A stretch of DNA of 64,000 nucleotides from NCBI GenBank assembly GCA_023146045.1, contig JAGLCW010000094.1:2579-66578 (forward strand), written 5' to 3'. The DNA is from Caldisericia bacterium (GTDB taxonomy: Bacteria; Caldisericota; Caldisericia; UBA6126). Below, one piece after another: positions 30,066 through 37,621 of the stretch (position 1 is the first letter of the stretch; each line of letters starts with the position of its first letter). The position numbers were made by a program, and so were the translations under genes. The notes under the pieces are model-generated. The model searched no databases. It worked only from the letters and a program-made list of their open reading frames with translations, and had not been told where the DNA came from.

Positions 30066-31187
30066 TTATCGACGATCTGAACGACCAGATGTTCCTTTGT
30101 AAAATGGTTTTTTAACGATTGTAGCTGATACATCTTTACTACGGACTTTTATTGTGACTTTTGTGCCAATTTTTGAGAGTTCTTTTTTGATATACCCCAC
30201 GGCACAAACTTTTTGAGTTTTTGGACAAAAACTTCCAGATGTTACTTGTCCTATTTCTTTGCCGTCCGAATAAATGATATACCCATGTCTTGGTATCATT
30301 TTGCCTTCAATTTCAAACCCTACTAGTTTTCGTGTAATACCGTTTTCTTTTGCCTTACGACATGTTTCTGCTCCAACAAAATCCTTATCAAGCTTGACGG
30401 CAAAACCCTGTCCAGCTTCTATAGGATTTGTTGTCTTGTCAATATCGTTTCCATAAAGCCATAAGAATGCTTCAAACCTTAAAGTGTCTCTTGAGCCTAA
30501 TCCACATGGCAATACACCTTCTGTGCTACCAGCCTTGAGTATTGCACTCCAAACAGTTGTAATGCTGGTATTTTTAGCAAGAATTTCAAAACCATCTTCT
30601 CCAGTATATCCTGTTCTAGATATTACTGTTTGAACTCCAGCTACATCCATTTTAGTGAAAGTGAAAACTTTTAATTGACTTAAATCGCCTGATGCAATTT
30701 TCTGTAATACATCTTCAGCTTTCGGTCCTTGGAATGCTACTTGTCCCCATTCGCTCGAAATGTTTACAATTTTACATTCCAAATCTGGTCGAGATTCCTT
30801 AACAGACAATATGTGATCAAAGTCTTTGTCAACATTGGATGCATTAACAACAAGAAGAACGTGTTCGGAATCAATTTTATAGGCTAAAAGATCGTCTACT
30901 TCTCCACCATCAGAGTAAAGAAGAGGAGAATATTTTATATCTCCGTCATTTGCATCACTTAATCTATTTGCGATTAAATAGTCTGTAAATGCTAGTGCAT
31001 CTTTTCCTGTAATTTCGATTTCTCCCATGTGAGATACGTCAAATATGCCAGCATGGTCACGAACAGCCATATGTTCTTCGATCATGCTTGTGTATACAAT
31101 AGGCATTTTAAAACCTGCAAAAGGTATCATGTTGGCGCCAAGTTTGGTGTGTTCGTCATAAAGTGGTGTTAGAAATAATTTTTCCAT
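30066..31187 (-). CDS. gcvT: Aminomethyltransferase (glycine cleavage system T protein)
   Basis: GcvT family throughout (TPLYDEH..., GYTGEDGFEI). Confidence 0.85.
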   Translation of the reverse strand: MEKLFLTPLYDEHTKLGANMIPFAGFKMPIVYTSMIEEHMAVRDHAGIFDVSHMGEIEITGKDALAFTDYLIANRLSDANDGDIKYSPLLYSDGGEVDDLLAYKIDSEHVLLVVNASNVDKDFDHILSVKESRPDLECKIVNISSEWGQVAFQGPKAEDVLQKIASGDLSQLKVFTFTKMDVAGVQTVISRTGYTGEDGFEILAKNTSITTVWSAILKAGSTEGVLPCGLGSRDTLRFEAFLWLYGNDIDKTTNPIEAGQGFAVKLDKDFVGAETCRKAKENGITRKLVGFEIEGKMIPRHGYIIYSDGKEIGQVTSGSFCPKTQKVCAVGYIKKELSKIGTKVTIKVRSKDVSATIVKKPFYKGTSGRSDRR

Positions 31188-31191
31188 TTAA

Positions 31192-32091
31192 TCATATACC
31201 TCTATTGATGTCTTCTAAAGCTATTTTTAATTCTTCTTCGTTAGGTGCTCTCCCATGCCAACCAGCTTGATTCTCCATATAAGAAACACCTTTGCCTTTG
31301 ATGCTTCTCCCAATAATGACCGTTGGTCTATCGGTGTTAGAAAGAGCAGTTTGAATCCCATTATTTATTTCATCTATGTTGTGTGCGTCTATAACAATAG
31401 TGTGCCAATTAAATGATTTGAACTTGTCTTCAATTGGAGCGATGCCCATTATGTCTTCAACAAAACCATCAATTTCTAAATTATTGTAATCAAAGAAAAG
31501 CGTAAGGTTATCCAAGTGGAAGTGCGCCGAACTCATTATAGCTTCCCAAATTTGGCCCTCTTGAGATTCACCATCTCCACAGAGAGCGTATACTTGATTT
31601 GGTTTGCCATCTTGTTTTAAGCCCATCGCTATTCCAGCTGCAATAGATAGCCCTTGACCAAGGGAACCACTTGAAACTTCTATGCAATCAAGCTTACTAT
31701 TTGCTGGATGACCCTGTAGTGGAGATCCAAATTCACGAAAAGTAGAGAGAAGACTTCTGTTGTAATAACCAGTTTCTGCGTATAATGAATAAATGAGAGG
31801 TGTTACATGTCCTTTTGAGTATATTACATGGTCTCTACCATCCCAGAAAGGATCGGATGGTTTGTGTTTCAAAAAATTTGACCAAAGTACACCAAACATA
31901 TCAGCAGCCGATAAGGAGCCACCTGGATGCCCAGAACCAGCAGAAAAAGTAGAAACGACAATGTCACGTCTAATCTGCTGACAAAATCTTTTTACTTCTT
32001 CTTTCTCAAGTTTTGCTGGGTATTCCGGGTAGGCCTTAATGTTATAAAGATTATCCATTAACAATTCTAGACCTAATTCCCGTCTTTTCAT
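31192..32091 (-). CDS. Transketolase, N-terminal (TPP-binding) subunit
   Basis: 'GHPGGSLSAADM', 'GDGESQEGQIWEA' TPP-binding motifs. 299 aa, split-type transketolase. Confidence 0.85.
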   Translation of the reverse strand: MKRRELGLELLMDNLYNIKAYPEYPAKLEKEEVKRFCQQIRRDIVVSTFSAGSGHPGGSLSAADMFGVLWSNFLKHKPSDPFWDGRDHVIYSKGHVTPLIYSLYAETGYYNRSLLSTFREFGSPLQGHPANSKLDCIEVSSGSLGQGLSIAAGIAMGLKQDGKPNQVYALCGDGESQEGQIWEAIMSSAHFHLDNLTLFFDYNNLEIDGFVEDIMGIAPIEDKFKSFNWHTIVIDAHNIDEINNGIQTALSNTDRPTVIIGRSIKGKGVSYMENQAGWHGRAPNEEELKIALEDINRGI

Positions 32092-32202
32092 ATTAAACTA
32101 CCTCTTTATCTTGTATAGTAACTGTAATAATTTTGAATTATAATGTTTGATAGTTTTTAAACAACCAATAAGTAGAAATTATTAATTAATATTGAGGAAA
32201 AC

Positions 32203-33858
32203 ATGAAAGAACATACAAAAAACATAAGATCCGAAAATGGGCAAGTGATAGTTCTATACGCAATTTTTATTCTCTTCCTTGTTGTGGTAGGTCTTTCAAC
32301 TGTGGATTTAGGAAAAATTGTAATGTTTAAAACAGAGGTAAGACAATTCACCGACCAAAGCGCAATTGCGGCAGAGTCCGTTGAGAAAGAAACTGTCCCA
32401 TTGCTAATGAATGTGCAAAATACTTCTTCGTATGCCAGACTTGTGTACAGCACGGGGATAATGTTGCAGAATTATAACCAAGCAGCGGCAAAGCTGAATC
32501 AATATGTGTCTAATTACGATCAGTTATCAAGTTGGTTTTACGACTATGGCGATGAATTTGTCGATAAGTATAAAAATCTTGCAGATCAATTCGTCACTTT
32601 TCCGTCTGGGATTAACTATGAAGACAACGCATTTTTGACGATGGATCCAGGGATATTCGATCACCAAGAGCGTTTATTCAAAGGTGTGTTTTCTTTTGCA
32701 CAATTGGAAAAAATGATAGTTTATAAAGAATTGCTAGATAAGAATGTTTCGATGAGTACGCAAGGCTGGCAAAATTCGCAAACAATATTTATTCCAGCTG
32801 CATATCTATTAAAAAGATCCCCGTTAGCCGTAATAGACTTTGGTTCATTAAATATTTATTGTAAAGAAAATTCTGGGCTAACGACAAATAGAACAAGTTT
32901 TTATAATGGGTCTTTTACTGAAGAATTAAGATCCGGTATGCTATGTTATCAAGCTGTAAATATTCCAGATTTGCTAATGAATGATGCTATTGTAACTAAC
33001 AATGGAAAACTCGGTAAACAATTGATGGTTTCATATTCTGGACTTGAACTTCAACAAGGAAGCAATTTACCAGATGAGTGGATTGTTGAATACAATGAAA
33101 AGCTGCATGCAAAAAATATTGCTGCAATGTTGATTATTGATGAAACGGATGACTATGTGAATCCAGTCAATGGGAATGCATGGGGATTAAGAAAAAACTA
33201 CGTAAAAGCAAAATGGGATGAACTCGAACTATTGTATCAAGATTTATTCACTGAACTTGAGCTGATTGATAGTCTTGAGATGGAATCCCCGCATGAATTT
33301 TATAATAATGCTACCCCAAGGGTAAGTAGTATGAAAAGTTTTATGTGGGCTGAAGATCCAGCGTATGTTGCTCTAGCAACAAACATGGGTTACGATTTAA
33401 GCGTAAATGATGAAAGTGAAAGTTTCTATGCCAATGTGACTCTCGAAGACGTGTTTGCTGACGAGAATAATTTTTTTCAACTTATTGATGACTCAATAGA
33501 CACATTTGATGCTATGATAACTAATTTATTTACAGATTACCCAGATTTTGTAAGCAGTATATCTGAATATGCACTAGACGACACTAATTACGAAAATAGT
33601 TTTCCTTCAATTTTAAATGCTATTGTTGGAGATGTTGAGAGTCATGCTTCGTTGTCTTCGGAAAATCAAAGAATTGTGCAATATTTGGGAAGATTAAGCT
33701 CTAATGTTCTAAGGCAAAACAAAGAAAGTCAGGACTTCCAAATATTAATATCCCACAGGAACGGTTTTAATTATTCTGAACTAAAACCAAGCCAAGAATT
33801 AAAAGTGTATTTGAATAAGTTTTTTGGAGAGAGCATTAACAAATGGGAGATTAATTAA
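32203..33858 (+). CDS. TadG/Tad-domain-like membrane-anchored protein (putative pilus-associated)
   Basis: N-terminus 'ENGQVIVLYAIFILFLVVVGLSTVDLGK' resembles the TadE/TadG N-terminal domain (hydrophobic helix then a VDLG motif). Large soluble remainder of unknown function. Confidence 0.4.
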   Translation: MKEHTKNIRSENGQVIVLYAIFILFLVVVGLSTVDLGKIVMFKTEVRQFTDQSAIAAESVEKETVPLLMNVQNTSSYARLVYSTGIMLQNYNQAAAKLNQYVSNYDQLSSWFYDYGDEFVDKYKNLADQFVTFPSGINYEDNAFLTMDPGIFDHQERLFKGVFSFAQLEKMIVYKELLDKNVSMSTQGWQNSQTIFIPAAYLLKRSPLAVIDFGSLNIYCKENSGLTTNRTSFYNGSFTEELRSGMLCYQAVNIPDLLMNDAIVTNNGKLGKQLMVSYSGLELQQGSNLPDEWIVEYNEKLHAKNIAAMLIIDETDDYVNPVNGNAWGLRKNYVKAKWDELELLYQDLFTELELIDSLEMESPHEFYNNATPRVSSMKSFMWAEDPAYVALATNMGYDLSVNDESESFYANVTLEDVFADENNFFQLIDDSIDTFDAMITNLFTDYPDFVSSISEYALDDTNYENSFPSILNAIVGDVESHASLSSENQRIVQYLGRLSSNVLRQNKESQDFQILISHRNGFNYSELKPSQELKVYLNKFFGESINKWEIN

Positions 33859-34988
33859 TGTTGTCTATGAAAAAAATCATTATCATGCTAATCCTGATTT
33901 TTTTCATACCATGCTCCACGGGTTGTCAAAAAAGAAGTAAAATCCATATTGGAATTGCTGAAGATCAATCATCAAGATTAATGGGTGTACACAAATCTCT
34001 TTCAAACGGAAGAAAACTAGCTATGCAAAATAGTAAGGGACAAGAATACATATTTGATTTGGTTCATTACGACACTCAAAATGATCCAGAAAATACTGCA
34101 AACAATTTTCGAAAGTTTTTTCAAACATATGAAACAGGTATTATGCTAGGAACACCATCTGTTGAGTGCGCACAGGTAGCAAAATTTGTTGCTGATACAT
34201 GGGGAAGAACGTTTATCTGTGATGCATTTCAATCAAGTATTGTGGAAAATGTTTCTACAACATTACTTATAAACCAGAATCCTGTTCAACAAGGCAAACT
34301 AATTGCTAGATATGTAGTGAATAACCTTAGTAAAAAAAGAGTTTGCGTTGTTTACGATTCCACAAACGAGATTTACAAATCAATAAAACAGGGATTTTAC
34401 CAAGAAGGGATTGATATTGGAGCAACAGTCATGGAGATATCTTTTATGGGAATCAATTCTATAGACCCAAACGCACTATTTGCTAAAATTATGCAGTCTA
34501 ACGCAGATTCAATTTTTTTATTGTCTTCTCCAGAATCTTTTGACAATATGCTGAAAATTGCTAGAAATGATTTTAATATTCACTCAGATTTCATTTTTTC
34601 AATACTACCAGAGAAACTTGAAATTGATTCAGTTTGGAACAATGTATTTTTTATGATCCCGTTTTTTGAGAAGAAAGACTCATACGTAAATTCTGAGTTT
34701 TATGTTAAATTTAAGAATACTTATGGGATTAATCCAGATTACTATGCTGCACTTGGTGCTGATGAAATTTATCTACTGCAATATCTTATGGCTGCTGGCA
34801 AGGGCATTAACAATTGCTATGTTGGATTAAAAAATAGCAGTATTCCTTCAGAAAAGTTCTTAACTGGTATTAAAGGTTTCGACAGAAATGGTTTATCTGT
34901 AAAACCAATTGATATACTAAAAATTTCGAATAATGAGCTTCTGTATATTGAAACTTTTTGGCATAAAGTTACCAGAAATGATATGTAA
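33858..34988 (+). CDS. Periplasmic-binding-protein-fold lipoprotein (type I PBP / Leu-Ile-Val-binding-like)
   Basis: Signal peptide with 'PCSTGC' lipobox. Alternating beta-alpha architecture typical of ABC substrate-binding or receptor family ligand-binding domains. Start overlaps the upstream stop (TAATG). Confidence 0.5.
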   Translation: MLSMKKIIIMLILIFFIPCSTGCQKRSKIHIGIAEDQSSRLMGVHKSLSNGRKLAMQNSKGQEYIFDLVHYDTQNDPENTANNFRKFFQTYETGIMLGTPSVECAQVAKFVADTWGRTFICDAFQSSIVENVSTTLLINQNPVQQGKLIARYVVNNLSKKRVCVVYDSTNEIYKSIKQGFYQEGIDIGATVMEISFMGINSIDPNALFAKIMQSNADSIFLLSSPESFDNMLKIARNDFNIHSDFIFSILPEKLEIDSVWNNVFFMIPFFEKKDSYVNSEFYVKFKNTYGINPDYYAALGADEIYLLQYLMAAGKGINNCYVGLKNSSIPSEKFLTGIKGFDRNGLSVKPIDILKISNNELLYIETFWHKVTRNDM

Positions 34989-35009
34989 TTTGCAGTACTT
35001 GTTTTTTCA

Positions 35010-35033
35010 TTATTGCAATTTATAATGCAATAA
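35010..35033. promoter_or_regulatory. Inverted repeat TTATTGCA-N8-TGCAATAA overlapping a TATAAT -10 box upstream of the ferredoxin gene
   Basis: Visible palindrome with an embedded TATAAT at 35021-35026. AGGAGG RBS at 35045-35050. Confidence 0.3.
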
Positions 35034-35055
35034 AACTTAAGTCTAGGAGGATAGA

Positions 35056-35235
35056 ATGGCAAAGCCAAAAATTGACGTAGATTGTTGCACTGGCTGTGGT
35101 GTCTGCATAGATGCATGTCCAGTTGAAGCTTTAGAATTAGTAGATGATATTTCAAAGCTAACTCAACCAGATAATTGCACTGGCTGTGGAGCATGCGTTG
35201 ATGCATGTCCATTAGAGTGCATAGTTCTCGGGTAA
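35056..35235 (+). CDS. 2x[4Fe-4S] ferredoxin (59 aa)
   Basis: Two CxxCxxCxxxCP motifs (CCTGCGVCIDACP, CTGCGACVDACP). Strong RBS AGGAGG. Absent from the ORF track because it is under 60 aa. Confidence 0.75.
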   Translation: MAKPKIDVDCCTGCGVCIDACPVEALELVDDISKLTQPDNCTGCGACVDACPLECIVLG

Positions 35236-35354
35236 TCGAGTAATCTAGAATTAAAAAGCTTCAGGTTGTCCTGGGGCTTTTTAATTTGTCATTCCTTGAC
35301 AAAATCAACGAAATACACAGAATTAAGTTAATACTTTTTTAAGAATGTGGTGAA

Positions 35355-36308
35355 ATGAGCTCTGAAAAAAAAGGCTACAATTTTATTTATATGCCTAAAC
35401 GAGGAGAGTCTAAGAGCATACATCTCTCTTCTGTTTGGTTGTTTTTGTCTATATTGGTTTTTGTTTCTTTTGTGTTTTTTGGGTTTAAAGCCGTAAACCA
35501 ATATCAATACTATAAGGCAGAGTATGCCAAAATCTCTGGTTTATCTCTCGAAGCAACAGAACTTCTTCAGCAAGAAGAGCTGGAAGCTATAGAAAAAGAA
35601 CTTCCACCAATTTATGCAATTCAAGATAAAAATAAAGAAAAAATGGAACACATTTTTCAGGAAGACATTAAAAATAGAAATGAATTAAGTCTTAACGAGT
35701 TAAATCTCGATCCAAAATCATATCTTTCAGATGTTAATCGTTATGCTGGGTATTTTAATAACCTTACAAGCTTTAATCTGCAGAAAGCGATTGATCTTGA
35801 ACAACGATTAGTGAGTCAAAAGGAAAGATTAGATACCATAATTGCAAGTAATGAAGTGCTATCTCTTGCTTCTGAAGATTTTCTAGAACAATGGGAGAAA
35901 ACGCCTCAAGGCTTTCCTTTGCCAGGAGCAATTGATCCAGGTTTTGGATACAGAATCCATCCAGTATGGGGGATACCAGATTGGCACACTGGAGTAGATA
36001 TATCAGGATATTACGGACAAGATGTAAAAGCTACTGCAAGTGGGCGTGTCGTACAGTCTACTTTTTCTGGTGGTTATGGCAATGTTGTGGTAGTATACCA
36101 CCGAGATGGAATAAGAACGCTTTATGCACACAATTCTAAAAATCTTGTTTATGAAGGCGAGTATGTCGCAAGTGGTCAAGTAATAGCAAAAGCTGGAAAA
36201 ACTGGTATTGCTACATGCGTTCACACGCACTATGAGGTACAGTATGGTAAAAAAGCTATTGATCCTGAAAAGTTTAATAATTTGGTGAAACAAAATGCTC
36301 CAAAATAG
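35355..36308 (+). CDS. M23 family metallo-endopeptidase (LytM domain, catalytically intact)
   Basis: N-terminal TM helix and coiled-coil. 'HTGVDISG' (HxxxD) and 'HTHYEVQ' (HxH) zinc ligands are present. Confidence 0.8.
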   Translation: MSSEKKGYNFIYMPKRGESKSIHLSSVWLFLSILVFVSFVFFGFKAVNQYQYYKAEYAKISGLSLEATELLQQEELEAIEKELPPIYAIQDKNKEKMEHIFQEDIKNRNELSLNELNLDPKSYLSDVNRYAGYFNNLTSFNLQKAIDLEQRLVSQKERLDTIIASNEVLSLASEDFLEQWEKTPQGFPLPGAIDPGFGYRIHPVWGIPDWHTGVDISGYYGQDVKATASGRVVQSTFSGGYGNVVVVYHRDGIRTLYAHNSKNLVYEGEYVASGQVIAKAGKTGIATCVHTHYEVQYGKKAIDPEKFNNLVKQNAPK

Positions 36309-37173
36309 AACAAATAAAAAGAATAGTAAATTACTAATAGTTCCAGCTAACAATTCAAAACCAATTCAAATTGAGATCTCAAAAACATTAAAAACAAGTT
36401 TGTTTGTATTGTTTGTGGTTTTGACTATTTCCTTAATATGGTTTGGTTCTCAATATGCAAAATTCAAAGGTGATGTTGTTGCTTTCAATGATAGATTTGA
36501 ATACATAATGAACAGTAGTGACAAGGATCTTTCAAACGAAATTAAGATAAAAAAAGCATTAATAAAGTTAGAAGCGACAGCAGATGCAACAGATTTGTTT
36601 ATTATTAAGGCTTCAGATACAGAAACAGAAGCTTGTAAAAAACTTGAACTTCCTTATTCTAGCAAAGAGTTTTCTGATTTTATTGTCGCTGAAAGAAATA
36701 GTTTGGCAAAGGCACAACCTGCTTCAATTACTGAAAGTCAGTATGTGAACACACAAAACCATAACAATGAGCTTGAATCTTCTATTCAAAGGCAAGAAGC
36801 TATAAACGCTAACATGAAAATTACACCAACAGGGCTACCAGTTATAGGTATAATTGTAAACCATGGTTATGTTACAGCACCTGGAATAGAAATTTATGCA
36901 CCGTATGGAACATATGTTAGAGCAACAGCTAGCGGGGAAATATCAGAATTGAAAGCTATTTTTCCAGGCATTTATACGATCGAAATTATTCATAAAAATG
37001 AAGACTTAAACACAACTATTTCAAGATATCTCTTTTGCATAAAACCTTTTGTTGATATTGGAGATAGTATCGAAAAAGGGCAAGTTATTGCAAAAGTTGG
37101 TTATTACCACAACACAACGAATAGCATAGTTGGATATCAGCTATTAGTTAATAATCTTTTGGTAGAACCATAA
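36295..37173 (+). CDS. Degenerate (probably catalytically inactive) M23/LytM-domain protein
   Basis: LytM-like C-terminal domain ('GIEIYAPYGTYVRATASGEIS...KGQVIAKVG') that lacks the HxxxD and HxH zinc ligands. N-terminal TM helix. Overlaps the upstream M23 gene. Confidence 0.6.
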   Translation: MLQNRTNKKNSKLLIVPANNSKPIQIEISKTLKTSLFVLFVVLTISLIWFGSQYAKFKGDVVAFNDRFEYIMNSSDKDLSNEIKIKKALIKLEATADATDLFIIKASDTETEACKKLELPYSSKEFSDFIVAERNSLAKAQPASITESQYVNTQNHNNELESSIQRQEAINANMKITPTGLPVIGIIVNHGYVTAPGIEIYAPYGTYVRATASGEISELKAIFPGIYTIEIIHKNEDLNTTISRYLFCIKPFVDIGDSIEKGQVIAKVGYYHNTTNSIVGYQLLVNNLLVEP

Positions 37174-37187
37174 TAGGAAGGTGAGAT

Positions 37188-37604
37188 ATGGCTTTTGGAT
37201 CTAAAACTGATCAAAAAACTGGACGTTCTTCTTCTACATCTTTTTTAGGAAAAGGGACTTATATTGATGGCGTTTTTAACGTAGAGGGGAACGTAAGAAT
37301 TGACGGAAGAGTTAAAGGTGAAATTAAAGGCGATGCCGACGTCATAATTGGCGAAGGGTCTTTAATAGAAGCCAATATCTCTGTTACAAATATTACCATA
37401 ATGGGCGAAGTAACAGGAAATGTTATATGCTCCGAAAAACTAGAAATTCACAATACTGGAAAAGTTATTGGAGAAATATCTGCCGATAAGTTGATTATTG
37501 AAGAAAATGCTTTTTTTGAAGGTAAAAGTATGATGCATCAAAAAAAAGAAATTCCAGCTTTGCCTGAAAGCAGCAAAAAGCAATCAGACAATAAAGCAAA
37601 TTAA
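37188..37604 (+). CDS. ccmA: Bactofilin (CcmA-like cytoskeletal protein)
   Basis: Beta-helical bactofilin core 'DGVFNVEGNVRIDGRVKGEIKGDADVIIGEGSLIEANISVTNITIMGEVTGNV'. Confidence 0.8.
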   Translation: MAFGSKTDQKTGRSSSTSFLGKGTYIDGVFNVEGNVRIDGRVKGEIKGDADVIIGEGSLIEANISVTNITIMGEVTGNVICSEKLEIHNTGKVIGEISADKLIIEENAFFEGKSMMHQKKEIPALPESSKKQSDNKAN

Positions 37605-37621
37605 TCTCTGCAGGAGGGGTC

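Noticed and set aside
35236-35290. Possible terminator hairpin after the ferredoxin gene (AAAAGCUUCAGG-UUGU-CCUGGGGCUUUUU)
   Set aside because: The stem needs two G-U wobble pairs. It is plausible but weak, so it is not listed as a feature. It could still act as an attenuator before the M23 operon.
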